DNA of 64,000 bases. Origin: an uncultured Gemmatimonadales bacterium (GTDB lineage: Bacteria > Gemmatimonadota > Gemmatimonadetes > Gemmatimonadales > GWC2-71-9). Within the stretch, counting starts at the first letter, position 1, and every line of letters begins with the position of its first letter. Made by a program: the position numbers and the translations under genes. Shown here piece after piece: positions 48,525 to 57,049 of this stretch. Location of the stretch: NCBI GenBank assembly GCA_963828735.1, contig CAWHFW010000002.1, forward strand, positions 416,001 to 480,000. The letters are read 5' to 3'. The notes beneath the pieces are model-generated. The model searched no databases. It was not told where the DNA came from and worked only from the letters and a program-made list of their open reading frames with translations.

Positions 48525-51068
48525 TCAGCCACACTCGCTGAAGCCGCACACGTGACACTTCATGCAACCTTCGGCGAACTCGAGTTGCGAGCCACAGTCG
48601 GGGCATGCGCCGGAGAGGGTCTCCTGCATGCCACCAAGCACCATCTGCTCGCCCGCCGGGCTGCTGTACGCGACGCGTTGCGTCACGACCGGAGCGTCCT
48701 CCGACGCGGCCGGCGCGCCCGGCAGGAGCTCCTGCTGAATTCCCTGCTTTTCCTGCATCCAGCGCTCGATGGCGATGCCCACCGCGTCGGGCACGGACAG
48801 GATCTTGTTCGGCCCGAGCCCGATGACGCGGTCGGAGCTGATGCCGCGGAGCTGGCGGTAGATCTCCTTCATCGGGATCCCCGAGCGGAGCGCGAGGCTG
48901 ATGAGCCGGCCGAGCGCCTCGACGTCCGCCATCAGCGCCCCACCCGCCTTGCCCAGGCTCATGAAGACTTCGAACGGCTGCCCGCGGTCATCCTCGGTGA
49001 TGGTGACATACAGGGTGCCGAGCGGCGTCTCGAGGCGCCGCGTGGCTCCGCGCAGGAGCTCCGGGCGTGAGCGCTTCTGGCGGCGCTGCAGGTTCTCCGC
49101 CTCGAGGTCGTGGACCATCCGGCGCAGGCGATCGTTCTCCGTCTCCAGCTCGGCGAGCTGCCCCTTGAGCTCGGAGACGGCCGCGAGGGCGCCCCGGTCG
49201 CCCGACGCGGCGGCCACGCCCGCGAGCTGCGCGAGGTCGGCGCGCGCCTCGGCCTTGCCGGTGGAAGTCGCCTGCTCCTGCACCTTCTTGGCGGTCGAGC
49301 CGGTGCTGAGGACCTGCATGTCGCGGCTGCCGTCCCGGTACACCGTGACGCCCTTGCAGTTGAGGCTGTACGCCAGACGGTAGATCTCCTCGACGTACTC
49401 CTCGCTCGCGTCGTTCGCGAAGTTGCAGGTCTTGGAGATCGCGCTGTCATTGAACTCCTGGAACGCCGCCTGCATCCGGATGTGCCACTCCGGCTTGATG
49501 TGGTTCGCGGTCACGAAGACCCGCTGCCACTTCTCCGGCACCTCGGGGAACGCGATGTGTCCGGCCTCGGCGATGCGGCGCATCAGGTCCTCGGTGTACC
49601 AGCCCTCCTGCTTCGCGATGGCCACGAAGTCCTCGTTCACGTCGGGCATCAGCACGCCGGCCTGGTTTCGCATGAACGCGACGGCGAACAGCGGCTCGAT
49701 GCCCGAGCTGCAGCCGGCGATGATCGAGATGGTGCCGGTGGGCGCGACGGTGGTCACGTTGCAGTTCCGGAGCCGGCGCATCGGGCGCACGCGCTCGGCC
49801 TTGGGGCCGCGGGCCGCGGTCTGATCCGGTCCCCAGATGCTCCGCTCCCATTCGGGGAACACCCCGCGCTCCTTGGCCAGGCGCTCGCTCTCGACCTTGG
49901 CCTCGTCGTCCACGAACTGCTGGATCTTCCGGCCGAGCGCCACGCCCTCGTCCGAGTCGTACGGGATGCCGAGCTTGATGAAGAGGTCGGCCAGACCCAT
50001 GACCCCCAGGCCGATGCGTCGAATGCGCTGGGCGAGCTCCGTGATCTCCTGGAGCGGATACTGATTGGCGTCGATCACGTTCTCGAGGAAGTGCGTCGAG
50101 TGGTGGATCACCCGGCGGAGCGCATCCCAGTCGATCCGTCCATCCGTCACGAAGGCGCCGAGATTGATCGAGCCGAGATTGCAGACGTCATACGGAAGGA
50201 GAGGCTGTTCACCGCAGGGATTCGTGGCCTCGTAGGAGCCGAGGTGCGGGACCGGATTGTAGTAATTGGCCTTGTCGATGAAGAACACGCCCGGCTCGCC
50301 CGTCTTCCAGGCCCCGTGGATGATCTTGTTCCAGACCTCCCGGGCGTTGAGCTGGCCGACCACCTTGCCGGTCTTGGGATGGTGCAAGTCGTACATCCCG
50401 TCGGCCTCGACCCCCTCCATGAACGCGTCGGTGACTGCCACCGAGATGTTGAAGTTGGTGATCTTGGTCGTGTCGTCCTTGCAGGTGACGAACTCGAGGA
50501 TGTCCGGGTGGTCCACTCGCAGGATGCCCATGTTGGCGCCACGGCGGGTGCCCCCCTGCTTCACTACGTCGGTCGAAGCGTCGAACAGGCTCATGAACGA
50601 GACGGGGCCCGATGCCACGCCCATCGTGCTCCGCACGATGTCGTTCTTGGGCCGGAGGCGCGAGAAGCTGAACCCGGTGCCGCCGCCGCTCTGGTGGACC
50701 AGGGCCATGGCGCGGAGGGTGTCGTAAATGCCGCTCTTGCCGTTCGAGAGCGCGTCGTCCACCGGCAAGACGAAGCACGCGCTCAGCTGGCCCAGGGGCC
50801 GCCCGGCGTTCATCAGGGTCGGGGAGTTGGGCACGAATTGCCGCTTGGCCATGAGTCCGTAGAACGCCTGCGCCACCTCCTCCACGGCCACGACCGAAAC
50901 GCCGTAGCGGCGGTCGGCCTCCGCGATCGTCCGCGCGACACGCCAGAACAAGTCCTCAGGGGCCTCCACCGGCTTCCCGGTGTCGTCCTTGATGAGATAC
51001 CGCTTCTCGAGGACCGTGATGGCGTTGGACGACAGCGAAAGCGCGTCCCGTGGGGTGGACGAATTCAT
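48525..51068 (-). CDS. nrdJ: Class II (adenosylcobalamin-dependent) ribonucleotide reductase with C-terminal TSCPD-like domain and zinc ribbon
   Basis: PNSPTLMNAG, LSACFV, RRGANM, ATNPCGEQ, APTGTIS, ISKT.N, KGVTVYRDGSR; C-terminal CPDC...CMKC..CG.SECG; no nrdB nearby. Confidence 0.92.
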   Translation of the reverse strand: MNSSTPRDALSLSSNAITVLEKRYLIKDDTGKPVEAPEDLFWRVARTIAEADRRYGVSVVAVEEVAQAFYGLMAKRQFVPNSPTLMNAGRPLGQLSACFVLPVDDALSNGKSGIYDTLRAMALVHQSGGGTGFSFSRLRPKNDIVRSTMGVASGPVSFMSLFDASTDVVKQGGTRRGANMGILRVDHPDILEFVTCKDDTTKITNFNISVAVTDAFMEGVEADGMYDLHHPKTGKVVGQLNAREVWNKIIHGAWKTGEPGVFFIDKANYYNPVPHLGSYEATNPCGEQPLLPYDVCNLGSINLGAFVTDGRIDWDALRRVIHHSTHFLENVIDANQYPLQEITELAQRIRRIGLGVMGLADLFIKLGIPYDSDEGVALGRKIQQFVDDEAKVESERLAKERGVFPEWERSIWGPDQTAARGPKAERVRPMRRLRNCNVTTVAPTGTISIIAGCSSGIEPLFAVAFMRNQAGVLMPDVNEDFVAIAKQEGWYTEDLMRRIAEAGHIAFPEVPEKWQRVFVTANHIKPEWHIRMQAAFQEFNDSAISKTCNFANDASEEYVEEIYRLAYSLNCKGVTVYRDGSRDMQVLSTGSTAKKVQEQATSTGKAEARADLAQLAGVAAASGDRGALAAVSELKGQLAELETENDRLRRMVHDLEAENLQRRQKRSRPELLRGATRRLETPLGTLYVTITEDDRGQPFEVFMSLGKAGGALMADVEALGRLISLALRSGIPMKEIYRQLRGISSDRVIGLGPNKILSVPDAVGIAIERWMQEKQGIQQELLPGAPAASEDAPVVTQRVAYSSPAGEQMVLGGMQETLSGACPDCGSQLEFAEGCMKCHVCGFSECG

Positions 51069-51247
51069 GGAACTCCCCGCTTGCGATTATGGAGGTGAAG
51101 AGAGTGCAGAGACTGCACTACGGAAACGATCGAGCTCAGCGTCCAACGTACCCATCCGTCTTCCCAGCGCCCGGGGCGTCCAGCGGCCTGCCCCGCACAA
51201 ACGGATGGCCAAGCTAGGTCAAGCGTTCGAGCCGCACAATAGCGCGG

Positions 51248-51268
51248 AAAAAGCGCGTAGCTACGCGC
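51248..51268 (-). terminator. Hairpin plus U-tract upstream of nrdJ
   Basis: Minus strand GCGCGTAGCTACGCGC followed by TTTTT. Confidence 0.5.
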
Positions 51269-51321
51269 GATGGGGGTTCCCACATCACAAATATAACCCC
51301 ATGTGGATGTGTGGATTAAGT

Positions 51322-51337
51322 GGACAAGATGTGGTGT
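51322..51337. promoter_or_regulatory. Putative NrdR box
   Basis: GGACAAGATGTGGTGT matches 11/16 positions of acaCwAtATaTwGtgt, in an AT-richer patch upstream of nrdJ. Confidence 0.55.
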
Positions 51338-51406
51338 GGATATGAGTACTGACAGAAGAGCGCGCAGTGGTGCGACAGTCGGGGGACGATGGAGGCCCCT
51401 GTTGCC

Positions 51407-51940
51407 CTATCGCGCGATCGCCTCGGCGCCCGACCGCCCATCCAGGACCGGATACTGCCCCGCCCGATGCGCCTTCGCCTGCGCCACGTAGTGCGCCCAG
51501 GTGTCGGCGATCCGCTGCGTCAGGGTCGCGTCCACGGTCCTCACGATCCGGCCCGGGACCCCCATGACCAGGGACTTCGGGGGAACCTGCATCCCTTCCG
51601 GGATCACTGCCCCCGCTGCCACCACGCTGCCGGTTCCGATGCGCACGTGATTGAGGAGGATGCTGCCCATGCCGATGAGACAGTCGTCTTCGACCGTGCA
51701 CCCATGCAGAACGACGCGGTGCCCGACGCCGACCCGGCGACCGATGGTGCACGGTACGCCCTCATCCACGTGCACGATGGTGCCGTCCTGCAGATTGGTT
51801 TGCGCGCCGATGACGATCGGCGCCATGTCGCCACGGACGACCGCGCCGTACCAGACGCTGGACTCCTCGCCCAAGGTGACATCGCCCATCACGGCCGCGC
51901 CGGGCGCGATGAACGCCGTGGGATGGATCCGGGCACTCAT
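51407..51940 (-). CDS. Gamma carbonic anhydrase-like hexapeptide-repeat protein (YrdA/PaaY type)
   Basis: SVWYGAVVRGD, TNLQDGTIVH, VGHRVVLHGC, LIGMGS. Confidence 0.92.
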   Translation of the reverse strand: MSARIHPTAFIAPGAAVMGDVTLGEESSVWYGAVVRGDMAPIVIGAQTNLQDGTIVHVDEGVPCTIGRRVGVGHRVVLHGCTVEDDCLIGMGSILLNHVRIGTGSVVAAGAVIPEGMQVPPKSLVMGVPGRIVRTVDATLTQRIADTWAHYVAQAKAHRAGQYPVLDGRSGAEAIAR

Positions 51941-53973
51941 TTGGGCGCCGGCGGGAACAGCATCTGGGTCCAGGCCTCGACGGGCGAGCCGTCCTTGAGG
52001 GCCGGATGCCAGGTCATGCTCCAGACGAAGTTGCGCACCGCGCGCTCGAAGGCCGCATCGTTCGATGGGCGAAGCCGCGCCACGTCCACCGTCCGGCCCT
52101 CGGTCGACACCTTGACCCAGAGCAGCGACGGGCGCGGCGACTCGGTGGCGTCCTCCGGCAGCGGCACGAAGGGAGGATTCACCGGTTTCGGCCGCTCGTC
52201 GAAGCACGAGCCGTCGGCGTTGTAGCCGGAGCCCGGCTCGCACCGGTCGACCGGCCGGCTCACGGTGGTCTCTTTCCGCGGCAGCTCGGGAGAGCCGATG
52301 GGTGAGAGCTGCGGGTTCAACTCGGTGATCTCGCCCGGGCGGATCACGATCGTGTCGGAGTAGAAGTTGAACTTCGGCGCCGAGACACCCACGGCATGCG
52401 GTCCCGGCGCCAGCCGCGTGACGGTTTCCGTGACCGGCTTCTCGTCGATCATCACCGTGGAGCCGCGGGGCAAGCCGACGACGCGGATCCCGCCGCTGTC
52501 TCCAGCCACGGCTGGATCGGTCGCGGACACCGGCGCTGCCGTATCCGCAGGACGAGGAGCCACCGGTGTGCTGGGAGGGGTCGGCGGCGGCGTCGCGGCA
52601 CCGGTACCTCGGGTGCCCATGCTCGCGGCGGTATCACGGGGCAGTGCCGGTGTCCGGGCCGCCGTCGTATCGCGAAGGGGCGTCGTGTCGGCGACGGTCG
52701 AGGCCGAGTCGGCCGTCTCCCCGCCGGTCGCGAATCCGTGCGCCTTGTAGTAGTAGAAGCCGCCCCCGCCGCCGCCAAGGACCGCCACCACGAGCCACAG
52801 CCAGGCCCAGGAGCCCGACCCACCACGCATGGCCAGCGATCGGTCGGCGACACGCCGCGGCAGGTCGCGCCGTTCACGCGGCGTGGCTCGGCGGTTCACG
52901 AGAGGCGACTCGATCGGCGTCGTCGGCTGGCTCACGATCGGGGGCATCCCTCCGATGGGGCTCGGCGCCGTGGCCACGCTCGTTCGGCCTCCCACCGTCG
53001 CCGCAGCCGAAGACGTGCGCACCGAGCCCGGTGCCGCGGTCGGCTGGCCTTGGATCGACGCCACCAACTCCTCGCAGCTCTGGAAGCGGTCGGCCGGATC
53101 CTTCATCAACATCCGCTTGACCACCTCGAAGATCCGGCGTTCATCCGCGGTCACGAGCGACGGAGTCGGGATGGGCTCGGTGATGTGCTTGTAGCCGATC
53201 GAGAAGCTGTCCTCGCCGTCGTAGGGCACGGCGCCGCTGAGGCACTGGTACGCGACGACGCCGAGGCTGTAGATGTCGCTCCGCCCGTCGATGGCCTGCG
53301 CGCGCGCCTGCTCGGGGCTCATGTAGTGTGGCGTTCCGATCGACATCCCGGTGCCCGTGAGCTTCTGGCCCGAGGCGGCCTTGGCGATGCCGAAGTCGGT
53401 CAGCAGGCACTGCCCGAACTCGTCGAACATGATGTTGTCGGGCTTGATGTCGCGATGCACGATGCCCCGCTGGGCGGCATAGCCGAGGGCGCTGCCGGCC
53501 TCGAGCAGCAACCGCCGGATCTCGGGCGGCGTGAGCTTCTTCCGCTCGTGCAGGACGGTCGACAGCGATCCGCCCCGCAGGAACTTCATGACGAAATAGA
53601 TGACTCGGCCGGAGCGGCCGACCCGGTAGATCGGAATGATGTTGGGATGCTCGAGCTGGGCCGCGGTCCGGGCTTCCCGCTGAAACCGCTCGACGAACTC
53701 CGCGTCGAAGGCCAGCGAGAACGGCAGGACCTTGATCGCGACCTCGCGCTCGAGCTGGCGGTCTCGCGCCCGATACACCAGGGCCATACCGCCCCGGCCC
53801 AGCTCCTCGATGATCTCGTACTCGGCCGCCAGGGCCTCACGGACGAGGTCGGTCTCCTGGAGCGCGCCCGTGGCGATGGCGTGAACGGGCGTCGTCGCCA
53901 TGAGATCGAGGCCGCAGGAGGGACAGAACTTGGATTTACCGGTGATCTCGCTTCCGCAGCGGGAGCAGAACAT
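51937..53973 (-). CDS. Hanks-type Ser/Thr kinase: zinc ribbon-kinase-TM-PEGA-like-TonB C-terminal-like
   Basis: CSRC/CPSC; LGRGGMALVY, VAIK, HRDIKPDN, DFG, GTPHYMSPEQ; TM WAWLWLVVAVLG; C-terminal VKVSTEGRTVDV...FERAV...WHPALKDGSPVEAW. Confidence 0.92.
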   Translation of the reverse strand: MFCSRCGSEITGKSKFCPSCGLDLMATTPVHAIATGALQETDLVREALAAEYEIIEELGRGGMALVYRARDRQLEREVAIKVLPFSLAFDAEFVERFQREARTAAQLEHPNIIPIYRVGRSGRVIYFVMKFLRGGSLSTVLHERKKLTPPEIRRLLLEAGSALGYAAQRGIVHRDIKPDNIMFDEFGQCLLTDFGIAKAASGQKLTGTGMSIGTPHYMSPEQARAQAIDGRSDIYSLGVVAYQCLSGAVPYDGEDSFSIGYKHITEPIPTPSLVTADERRIFEVVKRMLMKDPADRFQSCEELVASIQGQPTAAPGSVRTSSAAATVGGRTSVATAPSPIGGMPPIVSQPTTPIESPLVNRRATPRERRDLPRRVADRSLAMRGGSGSWAWLWLVVAVLGGGGGGFYYYKAHGFATGGETADSASTVADTTPLRDTTAARTPALPRDTAASMGTRGTGAATPPPTPPSTPVAPRPADTAAPVSATDPAVAGDSGGIRVVGLPRGSTVMIDEKPVTETVTRLAPGPHAVGVSAPKFNFYSDTIVIRPGEITELNPQLSPIGSPELPRKETTVSRPVDRCEPGSGYNADGSCFDERPKPVNPPFVPLPEDATESPRPSLLWVKVSTEGRTVDVARLRPSNDAAFERAVRNFVWSMTWHPALKDGSPVEAWTQMLFPPAPK

Positions 53974-53979
53974 GCGCGC

Positions 53980-54007
53980 AAGCTACCCTTCCCACCCCCG
54001 GAGTCAA
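53980..54007 (-). promoter_or_regulatory. Putative sigma70 leaderless promoter of the kinase gene
   Basis: TTGACT-N16-TAGCTT, 6 nt before ATG. Confidence 0.6.
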
Positions 54008-54092
54008 GCGGAAACCCGTGGCGTTCCGCGATATCCGTTGCGGACGGCACGGGCCCGACAGCGCGGCAGGCCACCGTGGGGGGGACAGTGGG

Positions 54093-54108
54093 TGGCACGG
54101 CCCATGCA
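54093..54108 (+). promoter_or_regulatory. Putative sigma54 (-24/-12) promoter
   Basis: TGGCACGGCCCATGCA: GG-N10-GC with TGGCACG consensus, about 70 nt before ORF 54179. Confidence 0.65.
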
Positions 54109-54178
54109 GCTTCCGGACCGGGCGTCCAATTCCCGGTGATGACCCGTCCCCCGAACAAGTGCTCGACCGGAGACTGCC

Positions 54179-54631
54179 GTGGTCCCGTATCACACGATCG
54201 CCTTCAGCCAGCAGAAGCTGCGTGCGGCCCTTCGTCGCGCCGCCGGGCAGGATCCGGCGTTCACCTACGGCTTCGTGGTCCACTCCCGGCGCCACAGCGA
54301 TTCGCCTACGCTGGGCCTGATCACGTTGCACGGTGAAAGCCTGCCGCTCAACGAGCGGCTGCTCAAGGCACTGGACGGGGCCGCGCTGTGGCTGTTCGGT
54401 CATGCCCGGATCACGCTCGGCTCGGGAATCCCGATGGAGGGCTCCGAACACAGCAAAGCCGATCCAGTGGATCGGCCCTTGTCGTCCCTGCTCATGCACA
54501 TCGCCACCTTCGACACCAACGCCGGCGTGACCCAGCATCTGGTACAGGTCGAGGCCCAGGTGCGGGCGGAGACCCTGGTCCAACCGCTGCTCGTCCTGAC
54601 CCACGCCCGGCCCGACGCCTGGCCCCTGTAG
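54179..54631 (+). CDS. Hypothetical protein
   Basis: GGAG RBS before GTG; high-GC3 codon bias; own promoter and downstream hairpin. Confidence 0.7.
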   Translation: MVPYHTIAFSQQKLRAALRRAAGQDPAFTYGFVVHSRRHSDSPTLGLITLHGESLPLNERLLKALDGAALWLFGHARITLGSGIPMEGSEHSKADPVDRPLSSLLMHIATFDTNAGVTQHLVQVEAQVRAETLVQPLLVLTHARPDAWPL

Positions 54632-54638
54632 CTCGTTC

Positions 54639-54681
54639 GCGGTCGTGACACGGCGGGCCCGGGCCCCCGCGTCACGACCGC
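54639..54681. terminator. Long hairpin between convergent genes
   Basis: GCGGTCGTGAC...GTCACGACCGC 11-bp arms with additional inner pairing. Confidence 0.55.
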
Positions 54682-54685
54682 CGAC

Positions 54686-56923
54686 TCAAGATTCCTCCGA
54701 CACCACCTGGAACGCCCTCGTCCGCTCGTCCTTCCGTCCCTGATCGTCGGTCACCGTCACCTCCAGCACGTAGTTCCCTGGCTTGAGGCGATCGAGCTGC
54801 AGGCCACGATGAGCGGTCTCGAGGGGGGCTGCGGCCTGGGCGTCGAACTTGACGCTGAGCGCCGCGCCGCCTCCGCCGAAGATCTTCCGGAACAAGCCCC
54901 CGCCCCCACCCTGTCGCTTGACCGCGAGGCGGACCTCGTACGGCGCCCCGGGGCGCAGGCCGTTGATCTCGTAGTACAGCTGCATCTCCTCGCTTCGCTT
55001 GAACGTCTCCAACGGGTTGAAGAGGACCGAGTCCTGGTTAGTGCGCCGCCAGACCAGATTGGCCGTTGGGCTCCCCAGCACCAGGTCGCTCAGTGCGAGT
55101 GAGGTCGACGCGCTACCGCCCACGCGCACGGTGTCGGTCGGAAGCACCACGCCTGATTCTTCGCCCTGCTGGATGGCGAGCCGGTACTGGAGGCGGCCGG
55201 TTGGCACCGTCACCGCCAGGCGACCGACCAGGTGTTCGCCTTCCGGCACCGGCTCGGGCGCCACGAAATGCCGCGTGGTGTCCAGCGAGGCCACGACCCG
55301 CCCCGTCGGGTCGCTTGCCGAGAAACGGACCCGGACGGAGTAGAGATAGCCGCGGGTCACCGTGACGGGCTCCAGTCCCTTCCCCGAGATCGCGTAGGTG
55401 ATCTGCACCAGCGAGCCGGCCGAGTCGTGTCCCACGGCCAGCACGTCGCTTCGCACGCGAAGCTCATCGGCGAAGCGGAGCTGGTAGCTGTCCGTCGTCG
55501 TGCCAAGCTTGATGCTCTCCTGCCCCATCCGGCGCTCCTCGGCCTGGTACTGGCCGCTCCCGATCTGCCCGGCGGACTGCAGCCGCATGTAGATCGGCGA
55601 GAGCTGCTCGCGCGAGAGCAGGAGCTGCTCGGCGACCGGATTGTCCACGGCCTTGTCCCCCCGGAGCGCGATCTGCTGGCTGAAGCCGAGCACGTCGAAG
55701 AGGCTCTCGACCAGCTTGAAGTCCTGCACGTCCTCCCGAGCGACGAAGTGAAACAGCAGGTCCCCATCAGGGCGGCTGTAGCGCCACGACTCGTTCGGCT
55801 CGAGCCCCGGGGCCGCGTACGTCGCGCGACTCGACGGCTCGCCGTGCCGGATGTAGATGACGCCGCGGTCGTCGAAATCGCGGCTGCCCGAGCGATAGCG
55901 CTCGACGATGTCATAGTGCCGATTCAGCGCGGTGAGCTGGAAGTTCTTCCGAGCGTAGAACAGGCGCCGGTAGTGCTCCCGGAGCCGCTCGCCATCCGCA
56001 CGGAGCTCCGCGCGATCGCGGTCGGTCCAGAAACCTTTCAGGTAGGCCACACGCTGGGCGCCGGCCTGGCGATCGAACTCATTCAGGACGCTGTCGGTGG
56101 CGATCGTCGCGAGGTCCGCCCGGTAGGCCGCTACCGTGGTCGGTTCGTCCGAGGCCGCACCGTCGTAGTAGGGCTGCACCCCGTCGAACCGCCCGAGCAG
56201 GAACAGCGTGCGGGCGATCTCGAGCTGGCCGAGGCTCCGGTTCGCGCCGCGGTCGAGATAGCCGTGGAAGGCGGCGAGCGCGGAGTCGCCGTCGCCCACC
56301 TCGCGCTCGACACGCCCGCGGGCGAGCAGGACCTCGGGATCCTGCGCCGCCTGGGTCGAGGCCGAGCGGCGCAGCGCGTCGAGCGCCACGCCGAGCTTGA
56401 TATTCACCCGTTGGCGAAGCGCGGTATTCGAGAGCTCGACCAGGCCGCGCGAGAAGCCAGGATCCACCTCGGCCGATTTCGCAAAGGCCATGGCGGACCG
56501 CGTGAGGGCATCCTTGCCGAGCATCGTCTTGAGACCGGTGACGAACGAGATCTGTGAATCGCCGACGCCGTACTCGGCCTGGCCCATGCCGTACCACGCA
56601 TAGGGCCACGTAGGCTGCAGGTCGATCGCCCACTGGAATTCGGAGGCGGCGTCGTCGTAGTGCGACTGCCCCCCGAGCTCGCCGAGGCGGAGGGAGATGA
56701 AGCCGAGCTTGAGATGGACGTAGGCGTTGCCGCGCTCGGTCTTGGCCAGGTCGATCGTCCGCCGTTCCAGCGCGAGCAGCCCCGTCGAATCCGACGTCGC
56801 CGCCAGCGAATCGCGAAACTGCTCCAGACCGGCACGCTCGGCCGGAGACTGTGCGTGCAGGCGGGAGGCAACGGCGACCAGCGCGACCGCAAGAGGCGCG
56901 AGACGCGAGCCGGGGACAGCCAT
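54686..56923 (-). CDS. Exported TPR + GWxTD-domain protein
   Basis: Signal peptide; TPR-like repeats; FW..RD, EHYRR..YA..NF, DDRGVIYIRHGEP, ESWRY; C-terminal Ig-like PGNYVLEVTVTD. Confidence 0.8.
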   Translation of the reverse strand: MAVPGSRLAPLAVALVAVASRLHAQSPAERAGLEQFRDSLAATSDSTGLLALERRTIDLAKTERGNAYVHLKLGFISLRLGELGGQSHYDDAASEFQWAIDLQPTWPYAWYGMGQAEYGVGDSQISFVTGLKTMLGKDALTRSAMAFAKSAEVDPGFSRGLVELSNTALRQRVNIKLGVALDALRRSASTQAAQDPEVLLARGRVEREVGDGDSALAAFHGYLDRGANRSLGQLEIARTLFLLGRFDGVQPYYDGAASDEPTTVAAYRADLATIATDSVLNEFDRQAGAQRVAYLKGFWTDRDRAELRADGERLREHYRRLFYARKNFQLTALNRHYDIVERYRSGSRDFDDRGVIYIRHGEPSSRATYAAPGLEPNESWRYSRPDGDLLFHFVAREDVQDFKLVESLFDVLGFSQQIALRGDKAVDNPVAEQLLLSREQLSPIYMRLQSAGQIGSGQYQAEERRMGQESIKLGTTTDSYQLRFADELRVRSDVLAVGHDSAGSLVQITYAISGKGLEPVTVTRGYLYSVRVRFSASDPTGRVVASLDTTRHFVAPEPVPEGEHLVGRLAVTVPTGRLQYRLAIQQGEESGVVLPTDTVRVGGSASTSLALSDLVLGSPTANLVWRRTNQDSVLFNPLETFKRSEEMQLYYEINGLRPGAPYEVRLAVKRQGGGGGLFRKIFGGGGAALSVKFDAQAAAPLETAHRGLQLDRLKPGNYVLEVTVTDDQGRKDERTRAFQVVSEES

Positions 56924-57049
56924 CAGGAGATCCTCATGCGGAGAATCCGGAAGGGCGCCGCCCCACGGTGGACCAGCGGCGGCGGATTCGCCTTAGGAGA
57001 CGCCGGGGGCCCGCTCCGGACCACATTCCGCAGATCGCAGTCGCGGGCC

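Noticed and set aside
48525..51068. Intein or intron in the ribonucleotide reductase
   Set aside because: Catalytic motifs are contiguous with normal spacing; no splice-junction or homing-endonuclease motifs seen.
51121..51300. Cobalamin riboswitch in the nrdJ leader
   Set aside because: GCCGCTGG...CTGGGAAGAC loosely recalls one riboswitch element, but the other conserved core elements and the B12 box were not found; an Infernal search would settle it.
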